From assembly GCF_009834535.1 (NCBI RefSeq), contig NC_045696.1:54562001-54626000 (forward strand): a stretch of 64,000 nucleotides of DNA. The letters are read 5' to 3'. The notes under the pieces were generated by a model. It did not search any database. It was not told the origin of the DNA and saw only the letters and a list, made by a program, of their open reading frames with translations. Origin of the DNA: Camelus ferus. Its lineage: Eukaryota. Both the position numbers and the translations under genes were made by a program. Of this stretch, positions 36,985 through 48,905 are shown piece by piece. Position 1 is the stretch's first letter. Each line of letters starts with the position of its first letter.

Positions 36985-37160
36985 TTGAATTACCAGCTCT
37001 GAGTCTTACAAGGTATGAAAGCTTGGTTATGTATCTTAATTGCTCTATATCTTAGTTTCTTACCTGTAAAAGTGTTTTATACTTTCAGGTTGTTTCCAGG
37101 ATTAAATACGTGTACACTTAGAGCAATGCCTAATACATATTTTGCACACAGTGTAATTAT
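36985..37160 (+). mobile_element. MIR fragment
   Basis: cttagtttcttacctgtaaa...aggttgtttccaggattaaatacgtgtacacttagagcaatgcctaatacata. Confidence 0.75.
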
Positions 37161-37239
37161 TTTCACAAACATGTTACTATGCACTGAAAAAAGGGCCAAG
37201 ATTCCTTTCAGAATCTTCCATCCCTCAAATATGAATGTT

Positions 37240-38530
37240 CAGTTCAAATCTCTCTAATGAATTCAAGATCCAAAATCCTCCCAACTACTCATCCAGTCTT
37301 GGATGTCTCATGGGCACCATAAACTGAATTTAATCTCTGTCTACTTTTAATCACAGTAGTTGTTCTTCGCACTTCTTAAAGGTCCCCGCTTGTCTTCTAG
37401 TTACTAAGCCAGAGACCTGAGAACCTCATCAACACTCCCTTCTGCAAATTTAAATATTTAATGTCACCATGTTCTCTTGATTCGGACTCCTAAGTATCTC
37501 TTGAATGTATGTCCTCAATTTTCATGGCACCAGTTAAGCCATCACATTTCTCACATGAATAATACTTCTGTTTGTCACGGAAAAGGGGTTGGGGCTAACT
37601 ACAAACAGGCAGCATGAGAAAACTAGGGGAGCAGAGCTGTTGTAACTAATTTATATCTTGACTGTGGGTGTAATTACCATGACAGCATGTATCTTTCAAA
37701 CTGTGTAACAAAGAGTAAACTTTATTGTAGGTAAAATTTAAAAAGCAGAAAAGAATCAAATACACAAAAACCATCCCCCCAAATTCTCTTCCCTTGCTTC
37801 CCAATGCCTACATATTAAGAAGCAACATCTGAGTGTGACCTAGAGAGCCCCTGAGCATCCGGCCTCTGCCCATTTTCTCCACGTACCTCTCTCACCTGTC
37901 TCCCCTTGGTTCTCTCCACACTAGCTCCATTGGTCTTTGTTCCATCCCCTCACAGCACTGTTCATCTTACCCTAGTCTTCAGAACTGTCCAGAATATTCT
38001 TCTCTGGTTTCTTCCACCTTTTGGCAAGTTAACTACTCCACATTCATTAGATTTCAGTGCAAATACCACATTCTCAAAGATAGCATGCCAAGAAATCTTA
38101 AGGAATTCAAGGTATAGAGAAAAGATTTTTACACCAATGAAAAATTTAAAAATCACCACCACCACCTTAGGGGAGGTGTTACAGAAAGGATGGACTAGCA
38201 ATTCTATAGATGTTGTATCAATGTATGTTTGCATGTATCAATATGCAACATTGTTAACACTTTTTTGGAACTGTTTTCCCTAAATTTTGTCAGCTCTAAG
38301 GGTACCCTGCATTTATCTTCATAGCATTTATCACAGTCCCAAATCAAAAACTGATCTGTGTGATTGATTTTTCTTTTCTTTTCTTTTCTTTTTTAGTCAT
38401 GCCCTGTCTCCATCACTAGACTGCAAGCTTCACAAGGGCAGGAATCATAGCTATCATTCTACGATTACGTTCTCCCAGCTTCCAGCACAGAGAATAACTG
38501 AATACGTAATGAATAATGAAATTAATGAAT
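37240..38530 (+). mobile_element. L2 element, fragmented and interrupted by later insertions
   Basis: L2 motifs at 37290-37560 and 37780-38080; 3' end cactagactgcaagcttcacaagggcagg...gaataatgaaattaatgaatg. Confidence 0.65.
37579..37745 (+). mobile_element. Old L1 (L1ME/L1MD-like) 3' end nested in L2
   Basis: tatatcttgactgtgggtgtaattaccatgac...atctttcaaact...actttattgtaggtaaaatttaaaaa. Confidence 0.65.
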
Positions 38531-38685
38531 GCAGAGTGATTATTTTCAAAGAACAATGCCAACTCAATACTATTCAGTGAATTCCCTCAGACTCTCTTAG
38601 TTTCTTAGTTTGAATCCAATAGGTGATTTAAGGCCTACAAACATTCCCTTTGTCCTTTCTTCTACATGGTGTTTTTTTAATCCTT

Positions 38686-39151
38686 TGCTGTAGGCTGAAA
38701 ATGACCCTCTGCCAAATATCCACACCCTAATCCCTAGAACCTATGAATGTTAATTTATATACTGGGGGAGAGGGGAAAGGTCTTTGCACATGTAAGTTAA
38801 GGATCTTAAGATGAGGAGATTATTTCTGGTTTATACAGGTGGGTCTCAAGTGAAACTGCATGTATCCTTGGAGAGGCAGAGGGAGATTTCACACATACAT
38901 GTGAAGAGGGAGGTGGAGATTGAAGCAAAGTAGCTACAAGCCAAAGAATGTGAGGAGCCATGAGAGGCTGAAAGAGGCAAGGAAACAGATTTTCCTCTGG
39001 AGCCTCCAGGGGAGATGTGGCCCTGCAGACACCTTTATTTCCAGGGATACTGATTTTAGGCTTCTACCCTCCAGCACTATCAAAAACTAAATTTCTGCTA
39101 GTTTAAGCCACCCAGTTTGTGGTTAATTTGTTACAGCAGCCATCAGTAACA
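38686..39151 (+). mobile_element. ERVL-MaLR solo LTR (MLT1C/D-like)
   Basis: ctaatccctagaacctatgaatgt, gttaaggatcttaagatgaggagatt, gaggcaaggaaacagattttcctctggagcctccag, tttaagccacccagtttgtgg...ttgttacagcagcc. Confidence 0.9.
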
Positions 39152-39289
39152 CTTTATGCTCCAGAATGTTCTGATTCTGGCATCTCTTCCAAGACCCACA
39201 TAATTCCCACCTTTAACAGTTCTACTCTCCCCTCTTTACTTCTTTACCCCTTCAAGGTTGTGGCTCCTATTTGTTTCCAGAGAAAAGGA

Positions 39290-39515
39290 TCAGTATAATG
39301 GAAAGAACATGGTTTCTAAAATCAGACAGATTTGAGTTTTAATCCTGACTCAATTAGCAATTGTATGATCCTGGGGAAATTAGTCGATCTTTCTGAATAT
39401 AAGCTTTAAAATGAGCACAGTAATCCTTCTATTGCTGTGTTCTAAGTGTTGCTTGAGATACCCTATGAAGAAAAATGCTTTGCAAAATGCTTGGTGTCTA
39501 ATAAGTACCCAACAA
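39290..39515 (+). mobile_element. MIR SINE
   Basis: cagtataatggaaagaacatgg...tcagacagatttgagttttaatcctgactc...tgtatgatcctggggaaatt. Confidence 0.75.
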
Positions 39516-40879
39516 TTTCTTTCTTTCCTCTCACATCCTATTAACAGACTAAATTAAGCCTACTCAAAAACCACCTTTGCAGACAAACAGCTCTGACTAA
39601 ATTCCTAAATTGGCATCCCTCTGACTCTTCATTCTTTCCTCTGTCACCCTCTCATCCCTTAGCCCATTTTAGTTTATAGCTCTAATCTAAAGGGCACAGT
39701 ATGTGTGTGTACATGCGTTTATGGTCTGCACCGCCCCCCCTCCACTTAGATGTATTGTGACGGCAAGGACTTTACTGCCATTTTTCATATCTGTGCCTCA
39801 GAGCTGAGAAGACAACCACATAGATAACACATAGGTTAATCAAAGTGTTTTTAAGTGGGTAGATGAATTTTGCTCAGCTAGCTGTTCACTGTCCACTTCA
39901 CTTCTCTGTGGGGACCAAACTTAATAATTTGAAAGTTTTTAAATGAAAGCTGCCATTGTGTTATTATAGAACTAAGCCCAAAAATTAACAATGGAAAACA
40001 ATTTTATTCTATAATAATAAATGAAACCAACGGGCATTATAAAGGTAATTAAAAAGGCATAACTGTGTCTTCATTATATGTAATCTTAACTACAGACCCC
40101 ACAAATAGTTAGGCATCTATAAGCATACTATTCAAAAACCACATTATAGTTACCTTTGATAAATGCCCAGACATCACCTGATGTGTCACCATTATTTCAA
40201 ACCTATGATCATCAGTATAATAGAATATTCTGCTTCATTTTGCCTTTCTAACAAATAGGCTCTATGTTCTTTGAAATCCTCTCATTTTTGTCCTCTAGCG
40301 AGTCCAAAAAAAAAAAAAAAAAAAAAAAGCAAAAAGAAACATTTAAAAATACATACCACACTGTTGCACTTGGCTAAAATTGTATTTTATGCCTAAATCA
40401 TTTCAATCCTCTTGGAACCTCCTAGAGATTTCCTTAACAACTATTATCCCCATAACTCATAAATATGCCTCATGAGGCATTTTGCAGGCAGTAGCTAAAT
40501 CTTTAGGAACCAGGGTATTTTAAGTTAATGGAGATGTAATTTTCCTGAATTCTAGAACTTTTAAGTTATAGTGCATTTATTTGTCCAAACACATGTTGAC
40601 ACCATTTTCTCTTTATTACTGTGATTTGTTCTCAGATGCTTTCTTCTCTTTTATGCACAGAAAATACTAGCTAAATATCCTGCTGATTTTCCTTCCATTT
40701 CTTTTCGCTTTCTTAACTCTTCCCTCCAAACCAGGGGGAAAGGGAGAAAACAGCTTGGAATGGCTTTTTTGAACTTTTAAACTACCTCACGTTTAGAACA
40801 AGGGGAATAAGTTAAAGGGAAGAAAGAAAATAAGAAAAAGTGGAGAACCAAGAGGTAAGAAGTAGGAAGGGGATGTGGT

Positions 40880-41010
40880 CTGACCGATTAAGTATGGCGC
40901 TGAGAGCCACACATAAGTGTGTTTTATTTCTGGCTGTGCGGCTTATTAGCTATGGAACTCTAGGCATTTGGCCCTCTGAGGGTCAGATTTCTCCTCTGAA
41001 AAACTGAACA
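40880..41010 (+). mobile_element. MIR fragment
   Basis: ggcgctgagagccacac...tctggctgtgcggcttattagctatg...ctctgagggtcagatttctcctctgaaaaa. Confidence 0.65.
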
Positions 41011-41423
41011 ATTGTAACTGCATCATGGAGAGGTTGTCAGCAAAAGCTGATTCCATTTCTCCAGTCCCTTCTTTGGAGACGTTCTTGCCTACTTCAATAG
41101 TTTTCCCCTCCACCAGCCACCACAATAATCCTAAGTGATTTAACAGGTACATGTTGATTTCTCCCCTGTCACCTTGGTCTCATCTCCTGACCTTGGTAAA
41201 TTCCAATAACTTGCTACTTCAAGCACCCTTGCCTTTGCCCCATCATCTTTCCTTTGCTCTCAAAGATCTAGATCTCTAATCCTCACCTCTTTAATTCTAG
41301 ACATACGTCTATCCTTCTGTCTCCCCTACATCCTTCCTATTATTTGTCCTTTTCTCACTGTTACCTATGGTCAGAATTTAACTCTTCCAAAGTATTACAG
41401 GCAGGCATCCTGGGACTCTTTCT

Positions 41424-41967
41424 CTCTCATCTTGGAATATATACTTCCACTCAGCAAATATTTTGTGGGTCCCATTACCTGCCAATCAGTGATCTAAGCA
41501 CAAGAAATACAAAGATGAACAAAACTGATCAAGCCCTGCCCCCAAGAAGCTTTCCTTGGATTTTAGTGGTGAAAGATCAACAGAAAATGACTATAGATGT
41601 ATTGCTAAGTAGTTATTAAGAAAAGAAGCTGCACTGGGGGACAGAAAATTGGGGGGGTGCAGTGCTGAGAAACTGGGTTGCTGAGAAAGCCTCTCTGGGG
41701 AGAAGTGGGATGGATGATGGAAGCACCAGGCAAACATCTGGAGGAAGAACATCCCAGAACAGTGGTTTTCTTAATGACTACTGAGCAATATACTCATAGT
41801 TATGTTTTTGCTTCTCTTTCATCACCATAATGCAAGGAAAGCTTCTTGAGGGCAGTGTCTTGATCAGATTGTTCATCTTTATATTTCTTGTGCTTGGATC
41901 ACTGATTGGCAGATAATGGGACCAACTAAATACCTGCTGCATGGAAGTATTTCTTTCAAAATGAGAA
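41424..41967. repeat. Long inverted repeat: arms 41424-41624 and 41766-41967, spacer ~141 bp
   Basis: Hand alignment of the left arm to the reverse complement of the right arm gives roughly 80-85% identity; core 41468-41522 has 3 mismatches in 55 nt. The ORF track echoes it (SHYLPISDLSTRNTKMN on +, SHYLPISDPSTRNIKMN on -). Confidence 0.95.
41450..41762 (-). mobile_element. L2 3' end running through the left arm and spacer of the inverted repeat
   Basis: cagcaaatatttt...aaagatgaacaaaac...gccctgcccccaagaagct...gaaagcctctctggggag...atctggaggaagaacatcccag follows the antisense L2 consensus colinearly. Confidence 0.75.
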
Positions 41968-43329
41968 TAACCACTTCCACCATGCACACACTCCATTCTG
42001 GAATCCGTTACTTTCTCATTCTTCTGCACATCTTGTCCATCTCGGGTAATGTCACAGCTGTCATTCTCTGTATCCAAGCTTCTGAGTCCAGCTTGAGAAA
42101 AATTACAAAGATGAACTGATTGGCCAGATTGAAAATTATTACCAAGGGTGTCTGGAAACTCTGACAAAGCCTGGTATGGAGTATGCACTCAACTAATTTT
42201 TGTTGAATGAATGAATTTTGTAGAATCCTATCCCTGAACATACATTTTTTCCCCAAAAACCTGTTATCATAACTCTTTTCATAAATTCAAACTAACAGCT
42301 TAAGGGTTTAGATCCCTAAGATTCTCTTTTAACTCTACTTTTTTTCCAATATATGTTACTCATTTTTACACACATGAAAGAAGAAAAAAGAAACTTTGAG
42401 AGGTAGTTTTCCAGAACTAGAAAGTATTACTGAAAATTATTCAAGTTCAATTGTGAATAAAATCCTCTGAGGTTCCTGTAAAATCTCTGCTGAATAAGTT
42501 CACAATTCTGAGAGTGCCATTTTTAGTATAATCTTCTCTTGGCTTACTTGGCAATACAGCACTCTGAAACATGAGGGTGTGAAGATTAAGCAAAAAAAGT
42601 CCTACTTGAGCAAAGTCCCTAACTTCGGATTTTTTTTAAAAGTCTGATAAAACTTATTCTTTGTTACACGTTAAGTTTGGGGAAAAGTACTTCTCTGTGT
42701 TTACTGGCAGTGAAACTGGGCCTGCTGAACAAGTTCAGGATCAACAACAGCTTGATTAATCCAAAACGTCTTCAAACTAATGCACCTAACACTTCTCTCA
42801 GCAAAGTGCTTTCTAAGTATTTAGACAACTGATAGAATCACTGTAAAACAAAGTAATTTTAGAGTATTTCTTCAATAAGGTCCTCAATGGCAAAACATGA
42901 TACTAAGAAAAATAACTTAAAAGTCCTTTATTTTCTTCCTAGTCAGTTTTATTGAGTTCTACAACAGGATATTTACGTAAGTAATCAACTATGGATCAAC
43001 TTCATATGGCAAGATGAACCCTCTATTGGTAGGATATATCCTTGGAATTGCCTTCCTTGTAGTGCACTAGAAGGAACCAGAGGCATTTAAGTGTGTGGCA
43101 CTGTGCCCTGAGTTGGGATGAAGACTTTGGTCCAAATGTTTCAGAACAAAGCTAAGGAAGATGGAGAAATATCCTGAACTTCTCCCTCATCCTTCCCCTA
43201 ACATCCATCACAGACATCAAACCAACTCTAACTTGAACCTGGTTAATTAGGTGACAAAGGCATGCATTTTAAAGATGGATAAACAATATTCAGAGGTTTA
43301 TCTTAAGGCCCTGGAATAGAGCTTTGTTA

Positions 43330-43540
43330 GTTCATTCATCCAATCATTTATTCAATAAGCATTTCTTATGTACCTATGCCAGGCACTGTCCTAAACATTA
43401 AGATACAGAGCAGGAAACAATTTTATGCCTGACCTTAAGGAGTCCATAGTCTAAAGGGAAAACAGACTTATAAAAATAGAAATAATACTATGTTCAATTC
43501 TATTTTAGATATCCTAACATGGTACTAAGGGAGCGCAGAT
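43330..43540 (-). mobile_element. L2 3' end
   Basis: ttcattcatccaatcatttattcaataagcattt...tatgccaggcactgtcctaaac...ccttaaggagtccatagtcta. Confidence 0.8.
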
Positions 43541-46500
43541 GAAAAACCAAATTACTTAGAAGCCACTTAGAGTTTCGCTCAAAGTTCATATTTTATTCAG
43601 ATCCAGAAGCTCTAGCCCAGAAATGCAAACGAGGCAAGCAATCTTATTTGGACAAAATGCTAGACCATACCTCTCATATTGGCCTAATCCATACAGCTGG
43701 ACTTCTGCTTTGGCTTTGTAGGGAACTGAAGACGTGGCTGGAGTCCACATGACTCCCTGACACCCTCTCTTGCCCTTACATATACCCACTCTCCCATTAT
43801 GAGTCCACGGCTATGTTCCTTCTTAGAGATACTTGACCCCCTGAAAACAACCACACTGCTAAGTTGTCACTAATGTGACTTCAACTGTTTAGACAATGCC
43901 TGCAGTGTTGCTCCCATGCCCACCAACTAGATTGGCCTTGTTTAGCTATACAAATAGATGCTGGCTCAAAGCCATATACCCTGTCTGAAGCCTGACTTGA
44001 GGTCATTATCCCTTTTTGTCTGATCTACATATGATACTGACTATCCACCCTGCCCCTCACCTTAGGAACCATTCCTATAGTCCATTCAAGGCCCTCCCCT
44101 ACCCGACATGGTCTCAGATCCTTCACTTCTCCGTACCAGCCGCACTTGTGAAATCTAGCATGTCTGATACTCCACATGATGCAAAATATATCTAGAAAAT
44201 CGTAAGATACATCAACCTTGCTATTTTCAACAAATGGTATTTATAATGGGACTCCACGTATAGAATACAGAAGTGGATCACAGGCTTGAAAAACATCAGG
44301 GGCTCAGAATATGCCTCGTCCAAAATGGCACACATAGTTGGAATAAAAATTGACCCTCCAAGCCGTATTTTCTAACTCCACATTCAGTTATCTTTTGCCC
44401 AACCACACAGTACAGGCCAGGAGGAGAGGTCTGACCCATCTCTCCCAGGAAATGGAATGTAGTTCATCTTGTTGAGGTTATAACCCTGGATTAAACGAAC
44501 AAAATCTTAATTGGAAAGCAACATAATTATCAAGATCTAAATTGAAAAAAGGCGACAAACTAGAGACTAAGGCCAAAAGATTAGGACAAGCAAAGCTTAA
44601 GACTTAGCAGTCAGGTACAGTAGCATATTCAAGAGGAGCATGGCATTGAGGACTGAATGTCTGAGGCAGCCTGGAAGACCACCTAAACAGTTCCACCTGA
44701 AGGTTCCAAACACTGAACCATGCTTGGCTATGCATCCAAAAGCAACAGCTTTAATATCCAATACAGCTGGGATGAAATAATAGAATTTCTACTTACTAGT
44801 CATGACTAAAGATGGTCAAGATACACAGCTATTAGAACTTTTAGATAGAAGATGAGTGGACAGAACTTCTGATTACTTTGAATTATTGCAATTTGAATAA
44901 GCAGAGAGAGTAGCATTTCCTATCGAAGAAGCAGCATGGACAAAGACATTTGTTTTGGACTACTTAATAAAACAGAGTCTAAAGTGTATATACCAGTGCC
45001 CATTCCAATTTGGACTAAAATTCCCTAACTCAGAAATAATTGTGAGCATATTTGTGAATTATGCCTCCATTGTCAACGGAAAACATCTGGTTATTTAAAA
45101 TGAGGTGTTTTAAGTTTATTACAGTCATTACTGGCTATCAAAAAAGAGATAATACACTCGAATATCCTCAAGTATGTATAAATCATACATATATTACCTA
45201 GCAGGGGTCCACTCTCAATCAATATTTTCTCAGGATGACATTTCTGAGGAAGGAAGAAGATCGTAGTAGTTAAGCTAACAAATTATTATCCTTCACAGGA
45301 GAACATCAGACAGAACCCTAATTAATGAATTGGCTTAATAGCAGTTCCTTGTTTACAACTCGTAACATACGCACACTTATAAACAGTGGGAAGTGGGTGA
45401 GCAAAAAACAGCCTTAGGAAGTGGGTGTATAGAGAAGAGAGTGTAGTGTACAAGATGAAACCAGACAAAGGAGAATAGTTATGTCAAAGTTACAGCAAGA
45501 ACCCAACCTGAGAGGCTCTATGTCATACAACTGGACTCTGCCCACACAGCATAAAAGGAAGAGAGACTCAGAAAGAAGAAAATCTTTTTCTCGTAATCAT
45601 GAATGCCATTTATGGCTGCTTTGATTCATTTCACGGTCTTAAGGACAATTATTCGGCCTTCATTGCTCAAGGTTCTCCTTAAAACAAAAGACTTAAGAGT
45701 AAAGACTTCATTCATTTCCTAGCAGCACTGTACATTAATTTGGAGTGTGCTTTGTTCTATTAGGTGCAATTTCAAATTCCTTCCAATCCAGTGTAATGCC
45801 ATTTTTTTGCAATTGATAATGTAAGTCTCAATTCATTTTCACTGCTTTGCCAAATAAATACAGGAAAATTATGTCATGGTCATATATAATGATGGTGCTG
45901 TTTGAGAAAATAATTAAATGATACCATAGTTGCTATTTAATTATACTGGTGCTGCTGGGTATTTTAAGATTAATTTACTATTCTTTTTCACAGTTCATTT
46001 CATATTTCTGTCATTAATTCCATCAATTCATTTCAGGTTCTTTCACAGATATTTTTCAATGTTTTGCCCCCTTTTTTTCCATATCCCATAAAGAAAGCAT
46101 GTGACCACAACAGCTATACAGTTTTCAAGGTTTATGGACTGAAAAAATAATGAGAAATATGTGATCTGATTTGGACCATTTGCATTTCATATCTAATATT
46201 AATATTGATAATGATAAATTCTAGAATGGCACAAATTATTGGCCAAATTCAGAAAGAGCAAAAATAGCCTCTGTTTGGATTAGACCAGTTATTCTCTCTG
46301 ACATACCCCTTCTCTTGCCTGCATTTAAATCACTGTGATACCCACTGGGTTGGATAGGAAGGTCCTCCCCACACCTTACAAAGGCCAGGTCATGGAACCC
46401 ATAATCTTAAATGTAAAGGTCAAGTCTCTCTCTCCACCCAACCCTATTCAATTATATTCATAGGGGGGTTTTGAGTTTTCTAAGATTTGAAATTGAGAGA

Positions 46501-47869
46501 TGTCTATATATTTCTCTAAATCTCTAAGAAATTATATTATGCAATATTAGGCAATTATACATACACACACTAATATATATATATATAATGTATATTGTAT
46601 ATGTCATGATGCCTGCCTTATAACTATCTAATTAATTCAGATCATCCATAAGTATTTTGGAGAATGTACCTTTTATTCTGTATTGCTTTTCTGTAATTCA
46701 TATCATCAAAGAATGGCTCAACACTGCTACATTTGGGTTGGGCCATCTTAGTATCATTTTACACTAAAAAGTACATGTTAATTGAACACCTTCTGAGTAC
46801 TTAGTACTGAGTACCCTGGAAGCACAGGTTACTTAAATATACATTATATGGTAATAATTTAATGAAGTAACTAAATACATATATCATTTATCAGAATATT
46901 TTATAGATCCAACTTCTTGTCCCACTGCCATGTAGAAAATATTGTTTCAGAGATGATCTTGAACAAAAAGAAACAAAACAGTTTTAGAGAAAATCTTCGT
47001 AAGAAATTCTGAAAAGTTAACTGTGTGTGTGTGTTGGGGGGCGAGAAGGAAGTAGAATGTAGTTATTTTTTGTCTTCACCATACTTATAAAACAATTTGT
47101 GTTCCTTTCTGCTACCAACATCACAGGAAAGCCCTATGATAGAAATATTGGTGATTGGTGATGCTGAATTTGTATCAGTTATTTGATTAAAATAGTCCCT
47201 TCTTGTTTCCTAGTGCTTCTCTGAGACCAGTCAAAAAAGGATAAATGTCCTTAGACATATAGAGGGTTGCCTGAAAATGATTCATCTTCTTTATTTCCTC
47301 TTAAGTAAAATTCATTATCAAATTTTGTACGTGATTCTAATGCAAGAGTATTAGTTTCAACTAGGCTGTTTCAACCCTGTTTCAAGCCTCTATGGATCTA
47401 AACTGTAAGAGTTTGGTTATCACAGTTCTTTCTAATTCAGATGAGCTCTCCTGCAGGTTATTACCAAATATTACTCCAGTTCACTCACTGGAGCTCTTCT
47501 TTTATCTTCATAGTAACTTTGAAGTTCCTTTTGGAAATAAAAGTTTATCTTCCCATGAAACTCAGAAAGATTTTCTAGATGTGAAACAAAGAGCTTGAGA
47601 TTTTAGCCATTTATTCTGGAAATATCTAAACTTTCTATTCATAAAGCTACCCCTGCTTTTGAAAAGGAATAAGAATAAGGTTCTACCTTAAATTGAATAA
47701 ACACTAAATGATTACTGAAGACATGATGAAAAGAAAAAAAAAAAAACTGAAGGAATTTCAACAGTTAACTGTTAGCATTTTTCCCCTTTGGTTTGCTAAG
47801 TTCCTTGTCTGAGAAGTATATTCATACCATTTATTTCCAGTGTACCAAGATGTGATTTATGTTATGGAG

Positions 47870-48139
47870 CAGTGTTTCCCAAATACTATTCTCTGAAGAC
47901 TATATTCTGGAAGATGGTAATAGGTATGTAAAAAAATTTTCTGAGTTAAAACATATCTGGGAAGCTCTGCAGAATGTATTCCTCCACCCTCTTTAGCATC
48001 AAAACCTATGAGAGTTTCTGTAATAAAGAAATCTGTTTAATTTTATTTAACAGAGTATTTCTCAAAAATATTTTACTATAGAACACTGTTCATTCTTCCT
48101 AGTATACAGTTATCTTGGAATGCTGTTTAGGAAATGATG
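47870..48139. mobile_element. hAT-Charlie non-autonomous DNA transposon (MER103/MER112-like)
   Basis: Terminal cagtgtttcccaaa ... tttaggaaatgatg (degenerate TIRs) with internal taataaagaaatctgtttaa. Subfamily uncertain. Confidence 0.55.
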
Positions 48140-48515
48140 CTTTAGGCGAGTTGCTCCAATTTTTAGCACTGAGCTTTCCAAACAACATATCTTTTGCCTT
48201 AAGAATGTTTAAAAAATCATTTTAAGAAAATTTATGACTGAAATACTGTTGCCTTCTTATATCTGGGACATCAGTAGAAACTGTCAAATGATCTCATAAA
48301 AACAGCAGAAAAGGACATATGAAGTAGTAAAATATTGAGTGGTGAGGTTGGGGGTGATAATTACACTCACCAGGCCATATTCATTCCCAGATTTCTTCAT
48401 TGACTGACTGACCAATGCATTTATTCAAGATATTCTATGTGGTAATAACTGCGCTGGGTGATTTTTTTACATTTAATTTATGAGGATTGTCAACATACCA
48501 GCCATTGCCTGACCT

Positions 48516-48738
48516 CATGGGTTGGCTAACTACGGTCCACAGGACAACCCTGGGCCAGTGCCTATTTTTGTAAATAAAGTTTTATTGAAACACAGCCACA
48601 GTATTTGTTTACTTATTGTCTATGATGGCTTTTGCACTATAACAGGAGAGTTAGAAATTGCAAAAAAAGACCATCTGATCTGCAAAGCCTAAAGTATTTA
48701 CTATCTGGTCCTTTATGGAAAAAGTTCACTGTCTCCTG
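48516..48738 (+). mobile_element. MER58A hAT-Charlie MITE
   Basis: tttttgtaaataaagttttattgaaacacagccac and gcaaagcctaaagtatttactatctggtcctttatggaaaaagtt match the MER58A consensus, with degenerate TIRs. Confidence 0.9.
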
Positions 48739-48744
48739 ACCTAA

Positions 48745-48905
48745 ATCATCTTCTTGTTATATCATATAGTATTTGCAACAAATCTTTGAAGAATGTATTC
48801 CTCTCCTTATTTCATAAATTAGGAAGTTAAATTTCAGGCTAGTGTGAGCCATTTGCCCTGTGTTACTCAGGTAGTAAGTAGTAAATCCAGATTCAAATAA
48901 ATGAC
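48745..48905 (-). mobile_element. MIR fragment
   Basis: aacaaatctttgaag...cttatttcataaattaggaag...tttgccctgtgttactcaggtagtaagtagtaaatccagattcaaa. Confidence 0.65.
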
